Below are positions 1 through 16,204 of a DNA stretch of 64,000 bases, piece after piece; within the stretch, counting starts at the first letter, position 1; each line of letters opens with the position of its first letter. A program made the position numbers and the translations under genes. This DNA comes from the human T2T-CHM13v2.0 reference genome, Homo sapiens. The stretch lies in the NCBI RefSeq assembly GCF_009914755.1, contig NC_060930.1; one strand, 5' to 3'. The notes beneath the pieces were generated by a model. It worked only from the letters and a program-made list of their open reading frames with translations, made no database searches and was not told the DNA's origin.

Positions 1-370
1 ATAAAACTTGAAGAAAAGACTGATAACTTTGGTGGTTGCATAGATACCCATTTTCACATGTCCCAAGCCACCCCAAAGTTCAAAGACAACAAACTAGACT
101 ACTTGTGATTCATGTCAAAACAAAGTTTAATCAAGCCATATTTAAAGAGACCCTACAAATCATAAGAGAAAGACCTAACAACTAAGTAGAAAAATTAGCA
201 CAGAATACTATGCATGTAACAGAAAAGGAAATACAAATGGCTTTTAAACATATAAAAAGGTGCTCAAGGACAATATAACCAGTTAAATGCAAAATAAAAC
301 TCCCTGAGGGATCATTTTCACATTTCAAACTGGAAAAAACAAGATAAACTCTGTTGAGAAGGACTCAACC
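1..370 (+). mobile_element. Old L1M 3' fragment
   Basis: GGAAATACAAATGGC...AAAAGGTGCTC...ATGCAAAATAAAAC motifs of the L1 ORF2 3' end. Confidence 0.6.
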
Positions 371-788
371 ATGCTCTTCAGAGTGTGTGAGAGACAGCCC
401 TAGCTAAGGGTTGGGCTTTTCTTGTACAATCATTTGGAAACTATGAAAATCCTGGGGAGTGGCTCTTATTTCCTGGGAGGTACCTAGAACTAGAGTTTCT
501 TACCTGTGGCCTTCCGGTCAAATAGCCTCAGAGGTTCAGTTCCTGGTGGAATTGAAAATCCTGGAGTAGGCCATGGATGTGAGCGGTGGATATGAGGGAT
601 TTTTCCTTCTATTGGCAATCTGATAGGTTGTGGTAGAGAATCATTCACACACTACTGCCTGTTGAGGCGATTTCTTTAGATTTGAAGACAAAAAAACGTC
701 AGTGTTAACGCAAAGGGGTAGAGAAACAATTAAGTTACCTTCGCGTACTTTTTAAATGCTGGTATTGAAAGGAGTCGAAAACTTAACC

Positions 789-871
789 TACCGAGAGTGG
801 GGTTCGAACCCACGCGGGCACCAGCCCATTGGATCTTAAGTCCAACGCCTTAACCACTCGGCCATCCCGGT
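789..871 (-). tRNA. TRL-TAA2-1: tRNA-Leu (anticodon TAA), 83 nt, intact
   Basis: Reverse complement reads ACCGGGATGGCCGAGTGGTTAAGGCGTTGGACTTAAGATCCAATGGGCTGGTGCCCGCGTGGGTTCGAACCCCACTCTCGGTA: A box, B box, long variable arm, paired acceptor stem. T4 terminator 7 nt downstream (AAAA at 778-781). Locus number from memory. Confidence 0.96.
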
Positions 872-2459
872 GACTGGGGCAAGCTTCAAGGCAATCATTT
901 TTTTATAACAACAAAGGCATTTGCACTGAGAGTCAAGGAAGTACCGAATTATTCCTGTTTTTACTGAATTGTATTAAAATATAAGGAGGATATAATAGGA
1001 AAACACAGCATGTGTTCATCAATCACTTCTCCTGAGTCTCCTCACTTGGTCAAAAATTTCCGGAGAAATTTTTGTTTGTACCTGATTTGAAAAGAAAAAC
1101 AAGGGAGCGGTTGGAGGGGAAGGGTGGAGAGATGAGGGGAGGGAGTGCCCTAGTGGAAACCACAGCATTAACACCACCTACTACTTCTACTTCACTAAAG
1201 GCACTGTCCCGATTTTTTCTTCAGAGATCACTGTTTTGCCTGCTGAATTCAAACCTCCACCCCAGACACACTGATGTCATTGGAGGCATCAGGACTGGGG
1301 GCCCAAGTTTTATTATATTAAAACGAGTTCATGCTGGGGTAAATTTTAAGATCTTTAGTGGACAGAAAGGCAGTTCAAATTCTTTGATTTTAGTGACAAA
1401 ATGCTTTAAACTGACAATGCAACCTATCAACAAAAGGACCATATTGAGCTGTGTGTGGGCTGCACAGAAATACGCCGCCCCAGAACTCTAAGTGCTCCCG
1501 GAAAAGCTCGCAATTGTTACAACAGAGAATCCAATTCTTGTGGCTAAAGTATCTCCTGGGGGACTTATTACAAATGTGGATTCTAGAACCCCTCGTGCAA
1601 TGATCCTGACTAAAGCGATTTACTATGGGTCCCAAGAATCTTAATCTTACCAAGCACCCTCAAGTAATTCTAACTTCAATAGTCTGCTAAACGGCACTCA
1701 GTGAAGGGTGCTAAAGCTGTCATGGGGAATTTAAAAACTCATGAAATAAGCTCGTAGAAAGGAAGTTTAGGGTCTGGAGGACACAGAGCTGAAATGAAAT
1801 CCTGAAGTAGGGTTGGAATATAATTAATTTATGTAACAATACTGAACACCTAGTGTGTGGCGTGCCCCTTTGTTTTTCAGGTAATCAGAGGAAAGCACCA
1901 CAATATGCAAAGGTTGTGTGGTCTGCAGCAGACAAGCAAAGAAAGTCAGAGAACATCTCCTCAGAATCTCATCAGCTGAGGAAACAGGAGTCCAGGTCTT
2001 ATTTGTGATGCTCAGGACTGCTTGGGTCCACATCAGGATCTTTATCTGCCTGATGAAGCCATGGGAAAGGAATGGACCCCTGAAGTCCTTTGGCTGTTGG
2101 GCTCTGGGTTCTGTCTCTGGCCAGATCAAGGTTCCATTCCTAGAAGAAGAGATACGGCCTGAGAGATTCCCGCTTCTACCAAACACTGAAGGAAATTCAG
2201 GTCTCTTGCTGCTGGGGCAAGAACTGACTTGAGGATGGGAATGGAGGTGACTGGAAGGTTCCATGAAAAGCATATCAGAGAAAGAAACCATCATAAATAG
2301 ATAGACATAAAAATGTTCAGAATATTCTATTGCTGTTAGCTCTGAAACTACAGAGCAGAATCAATCAGCTGTGAAGATTTTTAAAGTATACTTATATAGA
2401 GGGTTTAAATATCTACATGTGACAGTAAAAAAGAAAACTATTCGAAGTATATGAAGGAT

Positions 2460-2861
<402 letters not shown>

Positions 2862-2938
2862 TTACATTAAAATCAAGAATATAGCCACTGTAGTCTAGCT
2901 ACTGGGGAGACTGAGGCAGGAGGGTTGCTTGAGCCTAG

Positions 2939-3295
<357 letters not shown>

Positions 3296-3319
3296 AAAAA
3301 AAATCTTAAATTAAAAAAT

Positions 3320-4230
3320 CAAGAATATGTAAGGTAAAGGATACAGTAGAAAAATAAATATGTAGATAGATGCACTAATGGGAGAATATGTTTGAATTGT
3401 CTCCAAAAATGGCAAGGGCTTAATATATATCAAGAAGCCATGAAAATCTGCAAGAGAAGGACAGCAAGATCAAAAGGAAATGAACAAAAGATAGGACAGG
3501 CAATTAAAGGAAAGAAATATGTCATGACTAACAAAGATTGCACAAAACCTTTAGTAATCACAGAAATAAAAAGTAAAAAGATATATCGCATTTACTGTCA
3601 TTACATTGGCAAAACTAGAAGCTGAATAAAATCAATTTTTGCAGGACTAGTGATAAAAGAACCCTCCTGTCCTGCCAGTCGAAGTTTAAATTAATGAAGC
3701 CATTCTGGAGTACTTCTTATTCAAATTAAGTATATTCACATTCTATGATGTAACTGCTCTGCTCCTAGGCATAAATCTTCCCCCACCCTATCCACTGCCT
3801 CAAATCTTACACAACTACCGAGAGTACACATGTGATAAAGTTAATCACAGCCTTATTTTAGTCTTTTGAAATTGAAAGAAAATTTAATATTTATTATTGG
3901 AAAGTGGACAGGTAAACTGTTATAAATGCACACCATAGGCTATTAAGCAATATAAAAAGTAACAGAGTAGATATACATGCAATAATGTGGATGGAACTTG
4001 AAATTATAATACTATTGAAAAAGAACACCAATAAAAGAGATATGGGTTTCTGCTTCTACCTGTGAAGAAGTCACTGTTAGGAAAATTGCAAACAACAAGA
4101 AAAATATACTGGACATAAGTATGTGAAATAACTGTTTTCAGGCATCGCCTGCTGTCAGTTTGGGACTGCGATACCTGAGAGAAGAGAAATAAATGAGGTG
4201 AGTCTTACAAATGTTTTAGCTTATTGTCTA
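3320..4230 (+). mobile_element. Old L1M fragments
   Basis: A-rich degenerate sequence resembling the L1 3' end. Confidence 0.5.
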
Positions 4231-4477
4231 GAGTACGATCAGAAAATGTGGTCTAAAGATGAAGCCAAGGGTGTTATTGTAAGTCCTTTATTAATACCAC
4301 AGAGAGACTTAAGGTGGTATCTAAACAAACCCCTGAGGTTCTTAAGGACATACCTTAAGGATCCTATAGTTTAAACAATAACTCTACAACTCTTAAGACT
4401 GTGGCCCTACTGCAGTTTTATGGGAAGCCAAAGGGAGACAAGGCATTATTTTCATGAATGTGGCTTTTGTTTTAAAA

Positions 4478-5001
<524 letters not shown>

Positions 5002-5509
5002 GTCTAAAGGAATAAACTTCAGTAACTTTCATAAAGTCACATTTTTTGAAGAAAATTAGAGTATTTGAACATTGACAGTCTGGACTGAAAGGAATAAAGG
5101 ACAGCATAAAATGAAAAGAATTTGGACCTCACCCCTCTTCCTCCCAGACTACTATGGGAAAGAAGTAGGCTAAGAAAACCATTCAGCTGCAAGTAAATGA
5201 TATTTCTTATTAAAAGAATGAATGAATCTGAGTGTGGAATAAGATCCCAGGAGATGGACCAAAGAGCCTAGGGAGTCATTCTCAGACGGCATTACTGAGT
5301 TCCAATCAACGCACTAGCGTTATGTGCCCACTGAATTCTACAATTGCTACAGACCAGTGTGACTCTTGTTTTTTGTTTTTTGTTTTTCTTTTTCCTCTTG
5401 TTTTTGTTCTTTTTGAATAGGATTGTGTATCGAGATTATCCTATGTCTCCTGTGCCTGTAGTTGGGAGACAGGTAACTTGTATCTTAAGTACATAGATGT
5501 TCAAACTAA

Positions 5510-5861
<352 letters not shown>

Positions 5862-6363
5862 TTACCTGATTTTGATAACGCCATCCTAGAGGTCGAGTTC
5901 ATGTTGCAAAGAAGTCAGACGTGGCCAGGGTGACTATATTCTGCATGCTGGACAGGCAGAATCATTGGGGGCCAAGTTAAAGAAAAATGTAGAGAGAGTG
6001 TTTTTCCTGTTACCACTTACCCACTGAATGAACAAATGAAATGAGAGTTCATCAGAAGGCAAATTCACTGCCAGGCATAGGAGATGTAATTGTTCTCAAA
6101 ACCAAGCAAGTTTTCTACCTGGCCGCCAGAGCTTATCGTCTGGAGGTGTTCTTGACATTTAGAGCAGTTTCCTAAAGGAAAACAGTCTTCTTAATTCAGC
6201 ACCTATTCTTATTCTACAGCAAGAACATTATTCTCTGGTTTTGACTGAGATCCAGAAATGTGGTATTGTGTTACTACAAAGAAAGTCACTGAGGTAGAAA
6301 CATTGACAGGCTGAGGTGTAAATTTTTATAAAATAATAAATTACCCCTACACAACACAGGTGA

Positions 6364-6437
6364 GGCTTCGTGGCTTAGCTGGTTAAAGCGCCTGTCTAGT
6401 AAACAGGAGATCCTGGGTTCGAATCCCAGCGAGGCCT
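6364..6437 (+). tRNA. TRT-AGT3-1: tRNA-Thr (anticodon AGT), 74 nt, intact
   Basis: GGCTTCGTGGCTTAGCTGGTTAAAGCGCCTGTCTAGTAAACAGGAGATCCTGGGTTCGAATCCCAGCGAGGCCT forms a canonical cloverleaf with A and B boxes. Locus number from memory. Confidence 0.96.
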
Positions 6438-6438
6438 C

Positions 6439-6445
6439 TTTATTT
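6439..6445 (+). terminator. Non-canonical Pol III terminator (TTTATTT) of tRNA-Thr-AGT
   Basis: Only an interrupted T tract follows the gene; the first uninterrupted T4 is at 6645-6648. Confidence 0.55.
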
Positions 6446-7507
6446 CTTCCCCTAAACTTAGGTAAATTCTTGTCACTAGTTAAACCTGACTTAGATGTAT
6501 ACCTAATAAAGCAGCAAACCTTGAATCTCGATGTCTGAGGCACTTTGTAGAGGAACGTGGTGATGGGTTGGAAATATTTACGATGAATTAGCTAAATCTA
6601 TGCCAGAGACCAACCGTCTAGAACCATCTAGAATTGAGCTGCAATTTTCTACGTTTAAATTTTTGTAGCTACTTTTCATATTTCTAAGGAACTTACAGCT
6701 TCACGTAACATTTTTGCTTTTAATACAATTCAAAAGGAAGGCAAGGAAGGAGATGAGACATACATATGGTATAAATTGAGTGTTGTGATAACTTCCTCCT
6801 TGCATGATTCTGAACTCTAGAATTTCACTGAATATATTGAAAAGTGGAGTAACATGACAACGTCTTGAGAGGATAAGAAGAATGATTAGTGAAACACCAA
6901 AAGAAAACACAAACAAAAACAAAAAACCTAACAAGAGGCTGGAAGCAAATGGGGCCTGAAGTTGTGGATCATTTATTAGACAGATAAAAATAAAATGATG
7001 GAAAAAATTAATCAAACCCTGGATACAGTGCTATGTTTTAGCTGCTCTTTAAAGAAAAAAAAATTATCAGTTATATCTTCAAAGTATCACATTCTACAAA
7101 TGCCTTCCCTCATAACATTCCTTGTTGCAGTATTGCGCTCAGCTTTTTGCTTCTCCCTGTAAGGAATGATTACATTGGATGATTACTCCTTTGTGAGCAT
7201 TTAGGAGAAAAACCAGTTACGTAATTGATGAGTGCAGTGCAAAATGGAAATGTTCCTTGTTTAAGGAAATTAGGAATTTCAAACCAGCAATAGCAGAGCA
7301 TTAAATCAAGTGCCTGGCCTTGTGCAAATGCGTAGGTCGCATGCCCATGAAGACAGTCGTGACTGGGAAGACGGTCCTGATTGGGAATGTGGTTATTTGT
7401 CAAAAGACTGGATTTTAGAGACACCTTGAAATGGAGTGAAATCTAAAGTGATAGTCAATGATATCAAGTACAGCTAGAAGGCTTGAGCACTTAAAAGTAC
7501 TAATCAG

Positions 7508-7789
7508 GGGTGAGGCGCGGTGGCTCACGCCTGTAATCCCAGCACTTCGGGAGGCTGAGGTGGGCGGATCACAAGGTCAGGAGTGTGAGAGCAGCCTGGC
7601 CAATATAGTGAAACCCCGTCTCCACTAAAAATACAAAAAGTAGCCAGGCGTGGTGGCGCACGCCTGTAGTCTCAGCTACTTGGGAGGCTGAGGCAGGAGA
7701 ATCGCTTGAACCCAGGAGGCGGAGGTTACAGCCACTGCACCCCAGCCTGGGCAACAGAGCAAGACTCTATCTCAAAAAAAAAAAAAAAA
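7508..7789 (+). mobile_element. Alu, TSD AAAAGTACTAA
   Basis: Dimeric Alu with poly(A). Confidence 0.92.
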
Positions 7790-8217
7790 GTACTAAGCAG
7801 GGAAATGTTCCAGTATAAAAAGAATTCTGAAAGTCATGCTTTTATTAGTCTTCTCTAACAAAGTAACATTTCTTATACAATTCAAGTTACTCTTTTCTCA
7901 GGCAACTCCACCTCCTTCCAAATCCCATCAAATGGCACCAGCCTGGGATCTTTCAACATAGATATATGCTCCTTCTTCCTTTAGCCTCCTGTTGTCTTTG
8001 GGCTCCCACGGGGCTCCCTCTTTAAATCTGGTGTAGGAAGAGAGCAAGTCGTATTCGTAGTACTGAGTTACACAGCGTAAACCACTTACAAGCGTATAGT
8101 CATTTATTCGAATGGACGGGGTTCTAAGAGCGTGAGTCCTAAAAACGGTCGCTGTAAATTTTAGGAAGACAAGCGGTCGCTATAAGTTTTAGGAAGACAA
8201 AACTGAGGACAATACAA

Positions 8218-8290
8218 TGTTCCCGCCTGATTTCGAACCGGGGACTTTTCGCGTGTGAGGCGAACATAATAACCACTACACTACGGAAAC
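8218..8290 (-). tRNA. tRNA-Val (anticodon CAC), divergent and possibly non-functional copy
   Basis: Reverse complement GTTTCCGTAGTGTAGTGGTTATTATGTTCGCCTCACACGCGAAAAGTCCCCGGTTCGAAATCAGGCGGGAACA. Six substitutions outside the anticodon relative to the intact Val gene at 33092, including D-stem and T-stem/B-box positions. Confidence 0.9.
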
Positions 8291-10129
8291 CCCTAACTCA
8301 TATTATAGAAACCCCTAAGAGAAGGAACTATCCTGCTGGACCTAATCAGGAATTCCCTATTAATCATCCCGCCTTCCTAGAAATTTGTTTTCTTTCTATT
8401 CAAGTCAGTGTCTACAATCGCATTTTAAAACTGGTACAAAACAAGCACCACATCGAGATTAGGAAATATCCAAAACCCAGAAATTGCTAAGTATTTGAGT
8501 TCTATGAGCCTTATACTAAAACTATAACCTCCATAAGATAAATCTCAAACATCTTGGCTCTGACCAGATTTGACGTTTACTTACTTGACGTGATGACTGG
8601 AATTTGTCCTTCTGCTTACCTCAGAATTCCTTCTCACTCTCTCACCTAGAGTCAAAATCGTTGCAAAATTCTACTGAGCTTACATTCAGACTTTATAAAA
8701 TGTCCTTCTCCTCTGTTGTTGATAGGTCCCTCGTTCAGGCCCTTCATATCTGTTCTTCACGACTGTCCGTACCGATTCTAGGGTTGACTCTCTGAATCAA
8801 TTCTCCACCGAGCTTAAAGTCCCAAGCTTCATTTCCCTTCACAAAGTTCCACAAACATAAACCTTTCTTCTTTCTTACATATGCATTTTATAGACTTTTT
8901 TTTAAAGAGAGGTTCTAGATTCGCAGCAAAACTTTGAGCAGAAGGTACAGAGATTTCCCATATACCCCCTGCCCCCGCACATGCATAACTCCCTATCAAC
9001 ATGCCCCACTAGAATAGTACATTCATTACAATTGTTGACCTATCTTGACATACCATCATCACCCACAGACCGGAGTTTACATTAGGCTTCACTCTTGGTG
9101 TTGTACATTCTATCCATTTGCACAAAAGTATGATATATACCCACCAATATAGTATCATGCAGAGTAGTTTCACTGCCTTAAAAATTCTCTGTGCTTGGGC
9201 TGTTCATCCCTCCATCCTCACAAACCCTGGCAACGACTGATCTTTTTACTGTGTTCATAGTTTTGCCTTTCCAGAATGGCATATAATTACAATTATACAA
9301 TATTTGCTTTTTCAGATTGGCTTATTAGTAATGCGCATTTAAGTTTCCTCCATGTCTTTTCATGGGTTGATATCTCATTTCTTTTTAATGCTGAATAATA
9401 TTCCATTGTTTACATATATCACAGTTAATCCATACACTTACTGAATAATATTGTTTGCTTCCAAATTTTGGCAATTATGAATAAAGGTGCTATAAACATC
9501 TGTGTACAGATTTTCATGTGGACATAATTTTTCAACTCTTTTGGGTTAGATACCAAGGAGTACAACTGGATTGTGTGAGAAGAATAAGTTTACTTTTGCA
9601 AGAAACCATCAAACTGTCTCTTAAAGTAGCTGTGTCATTTGTGATTCCACCCGGAATGAATCAGAGTTCCTGTTAGTCCAAAGCCTCACCAAAATTTGCT
9701 GTTGTCAGTGTTCTGGACTTTAGCTGTTCTGATAGGTGTGTAGTGATATCTTATTTTTGTTTTAATGTTCATTTGCCTGATGACATATGATGCGGAACAC
9801 CTTTTCATATGCTTATTTTTCATCTGTATATCTTCTTTGGTCACATGATTGTTAAGGTCTTTGGCCATTTTTTTTTTTCATGAGGTTGTGTTCTTACTGT
9901 TGAATTTTAAGAGCTCTTTGTAGATTTTGAATAAGAGTACTTTATCTGGTATATCTTTAGCAAATATTTTCTCCCACTGTGTGGCTTGTCTTTTCATTAT
10001 CTTGATGTTATAGTGTTTTTGATCACTAGCACGTCTTTTTGGCTCTTTCTCAGAATTTCCATCTCTCTGCTTACATTGCCCATCTGTTCTTGCATGCCAT
10101 CTTTTTTATACATTAGAGCCTTTCGCGTC

Positions 10130-10423
10130 TTTGTTTTTTCTTTTTTTTTGAGACAGAGCCTCGCTTTGTCACCCAGGATGCAGTGCAGTGGCTCACTGCA
10201 ATCTCTGCTTCATGGGTTCAATCAATTCTCATGCCTTAGCCTCCTAAGTAGCTGGGATTACAGACATGTACCACCAGGCTTGGCTAATTTTTTTTGTATT
10301 TTTAGTAGAGACGGGGTTTCATCATGTTGGTCAGGCTGGTCTGGAAGTCCTAGCCTTATGTGATCCGCCCACCTGAGCCTCCCAAAGTGCTGGGATTACA
10401 GGTGTGAGCCACCTCGCCTGGCC
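10130..10423 (-). mobile_element. Alu
   Basis: Antisense Alu consensus. Confidence 0.9.
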
Positions 10424-11566
10424 AAAGCCCCTAGCATCTTAATCAGTTGTTTCAAATTCCTCGTCTGAGAATTCCAACATCCCTGTCATATCTGAGTCTG
10501 ATTCTGATGCTTGCTCTGTCTCTTCTGTGTATTTTGCTTTTTATTGTGCCTTGTTATTTTTTCTTGACAGCAGGACATGCTCCACTGGGTAAAGTGAGGT
10601 GCTATAAGCAGGTCTTTAGTAATGTTGTGGGAAGGTGTGGGGGGAATAAAGCATTCTGTAGTCCCACAAGTAGGTCTCAGTCTGTTAGTGAACCTGTGTC
10701 TCTGGACTGTCAACTTTAAACATGCTTCCTAGGTTTTCCCCCACTTTAGGTGGGACTGGATGGCTAGAGTGGGCTGGAATTGGTTATTTCCCTTCCCGCA
10801 GATCAGATGGGCTCTGATAAAACCCCAGCAGGTTAGGCTGAGGTTAAATGGTTTCTCCTGAGGGCAGACCTTATTAAGAGAACAAAATGCTCTGGCCAAT
10901 TGCAAACTGGTTCTTGACCCACCTGCTACCAGAGATAGAGGGGATTTTTCTCCCATATTCACTATGACAATCTGGTCAAGCTCCTGAGGTAAAATTAACA
11001 AAATCGTGGGGTACAGATGACTGAGTTCTGGAGTTTTTATCTCCTAGACTCGCCAATGTTGAGCCACCAACAATTTGCTAATTAGAGTTCAGGTTTCCCT
11101 GCTCCAGCGCTAGTTCACATGGTGTCTGTTCTGTCGGTTTCTTCTCTGGTAAGTTGTGATTCTCTGTATTTGTCTTTTTCAATTTTGGGAGCAGTGGCTT
11201 GCCCTGTGACCTCATTTTTTCTGACAGACCTAAAAAGACTTGGGTTTTCAGTTTATTCAGGTTTTACTTGTTTTTAGGACTTAGTGATGACTTGTAGCTT
11301 CTTACATGCCCGACTGGATAATTTATGTATATAAATCTATAGCTTTCTATCCAAGAACAGTGTTAGCAGCTGTCAATAAGTTTGGATATGATGTACTTTA
11401 TTATTTTTAGTTCAAACTATTTTCTAATTTCTCTTGTAACTTATCTTTAACCCATAGGTTGTTTGGGAGTGAGATGTAATTTCCCCAAGCATTTGGGGAT
11501 ATTTTCCTTTGTTTCTGTTACTGATTTCTAGTTTAATTCTGTATTGATTAGAGAACATTCTTATTA

Positions 11567-11722
11567 CTTTTCTTTTTTTTGAGATGGAGTCTCGCTCTAT
11601 TGCCCAGGCTAAAGTACTGTGGTGCGATCTCAACTCACTGCAGCCTCTGCCTCCCGGGTTCAAGTGATTCTCCTGCCTCAGCCTCCTGAGTAGCTGGGAT
11701 TACCAATGTGGGCCACCATGCC
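11567..11722 (-). mobile_element. Alu right-arm fragment
   Basis: Antisense partial Alu. Confidence 0.85.
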
Positions 11723-12009
11723 CCACTACCATCAGGTTTTTAAATTTTTAATTTTGAAATAATTATAGATTTACAGGCCATTACAAAGAAAGTACAGAGA
11801 AGTCCCCTGTACCCTTAATTTAGTTCCCCCCAATGGCTGCATGTTATATAACTATAGTACAATATCAAACCCAAGAATCTGACATTGGTACATTGTTTGT
11901 ATATAGTTCTAGGTCATTTTATCATGTGTAGATTTGTGTAACTATCACTGGAAACCAGAAAAAAAAGTTTCATCACAACAAAGATTTCCCTGCGGGTGCC
12001 ACCACTTAA

Positions 12010-12400
<391 letters not shown>

Positions 12401-12408
12401 TAGAAATA

Positions 12409-12717
<309 letters not shown>

Positions 12718-13118
12718 TCACAGCCTAATGCCCTTGAGATCCATCCAATTTGTTGTATCAACAGTTCCTGCCTTTTAATTGTTGAGTAGTTGTTTATAGT
12801 ATGGATGTACCACAGTTTCTTTAACCATCTACCTATTGAGGTACATTTTAGTAGTTTTCTAGTGTTTTGCTATTATAAATAAAGGATTACAAATAATTGT
12901 GATAGACTTTTCTGTTGACATAGTTTTCATGTCATTTTTATTATCGTTATATATTATTGAATATATACAATATATATTGAATGCTACACATGTAGCATTC
13001 ACGTTTCTGTTTTATAAAATGTCTCTGTTTCATCACTGTGAAATGCCTCCTTTTCTTTTTTATTATGTCACGTCTCTATGGTAATACTCCTTGTCTTAAA
13101 ATCTACACTTTATGTTAA

Positions 13119-13507
<389 letters not shown>

Positions 13508-13536
13508 AACCTTTGTGTTATATATCTTTATCCCTT

Positions 13537-13834
13537 TACTTTTCTTTTTTTTTTGAGACAGAGTCTCACTCTGTCACCCAAGCTGGAGTGCAGTGGCGTG
13601 ATCTCAGCTCACCGCAATCTTTGCCTCCTGGGTTCAAGTGATTCTTCTGCCTCAGCCTCCCAAGCAGCTGGGACTACAGGCGTGCGCCACCATGCCTGGC
13701 TAATTTTTGTATTTTTAGTAGAGATGTGGTTTCACCATATTGGCCAGGCTGGTCTCTAACTCCTGACCTCGTGATCCGCCTGCCTTGGCCTCCCAAAGTG
13801 CTGGGAATGCAGGCATGAGCCATCGCGCCCAGCC
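13537..13834 (-). mobile_element. Alu, TSD TATCCCTTTACTTTTC
   Basis: Antisense Alu. Confidence 0.92.
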
Positions 13835-13908
13835 TATCCCTTTACTTTTCTAAACCACTTACTTTACATCCTTACATATTTTTAGGGCCTTTTAAAAACT
13901 GTGGTAAG

Positions 13909-14278
<370 letters not shown>

Positions 14279-14671
14279 TTAGTTTTAAGTGTACATTTCA
14301 GTAGAATTAAGTACATTCACATCATCTTGCAACCATCCCCGTTATCCATCTCCAGAACTTTTTCTCATCCAAAATTGAAACTCTGTATCCTTTAAATAAT
14401 AACTCCCCATTTCTCTTCACTTCCCCAGCTCTTGGTAACTACTCTTTCTGTCTCTATGAATTTTACTATTGTGGAAATCATATATTTGTCCTTTATGTTT
14501 GGCTTATTTCACTTTGAATAATGTTCTCACTCTTTATTCATATTACAGCATGTATCAAAATTTTTACTCCTTTTAGGCTTTCTGAATAGTCAACAGGTGG
14601 AATCAACCCAAATCAATAATGTTGCCGTGAAACATTGGCATACGAGTTTCTTTTTTAAATTTAAACTTTTA

Positions 14672-14930
14672 AATTTATTTTATTTGTTTATTTTTTGAGA
14701 CAGGAGATTACCCATGCTGGAGTGCAGTGGCGCAATCATGGCTCCTCGCAGCATCGACTTCCCGGGCTCCAGCGATCCTCCCACCCACACCCAACTAATT
14801 TTTGTATTCTTGGTAGAGACAGGGTTTGGCCATATTGCCTGCGCTGGTCTCGAACTACTTGGCCCAAGCGATCCTCCTGCCTCTGCCTCCCAAAGTGTTG
14901 GGATTATAGGCATGAGCCACAGAGCCAGCT
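14672..14930 (-). mobile_element. Alu (J-like)
   Basis: Diverged antisense Alu. Confidence 0.85.
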
Positions 14931-15063
14931 GGGATGCTTTTTATTTCACTTTCTTGCCTACTTTCTGTGGCTAGAACTGCCAACACTATGCTGAATAGAG
15001 TGGTGAATGTGGGCATTTTTGTCTTTTACTGATCTTGGAAAAAAAGTTTTCAGTCTTTCACTA

Positions 15064-15359
<296 letters not shown>

Positions 15360-15665
15360 AGCCTTTCACTATTGAATATGATGTTAGTTGAAGGTTAATC
15401 ATAAGTAGCCTTTATGATGTTAAGGAAGTTTTCTTCTATTTCTAGTTCATTGGGTAGGTTTTTTTGTTTGTTTGTTTTTCACGAAAGGGTGTGGGATTTT
15501 GTCAAATGCTTTTTCTGTATCAATGGAGATGATTATGTAATTTTTTTCCATTCTGTTAATGTGGTATATATTACATTGACTGATATTTGTATGTTGAATT
15601 ATCCTCACATTCCAGGAATAAATCTTACTTTTTCGTAGTGTATAATCTTCTTAACATATTGCTAA

Positions 15666-15994
<329 letters not shown>

Positions 15995-16204
15995 CTAGTA
16001 ATTTGTGGATACATTTTTGTATCGTACTGCTTCAGTATCCTTACTAGTTATAGGTCTATTCACATTTTTTATTTCTTTTTAATTAAATTTTAATAGATTG
16101 TTTCTAGGAGCTTATCCACTTCATCTAGGTTATCCAATTTGCTGGCATACAATTCTTCACAATATTCTTTTATAATCCTTTTGATTTCTGTAAATTCGTA
16201 ATGT

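Noticed and set aside
1072-2294. 139-aa and 156-aa ORFs in non-Alu DNA
   Set aside because: Non-ATG or weak starts, no recognisable domain or exon structure; length is compatible with chance.
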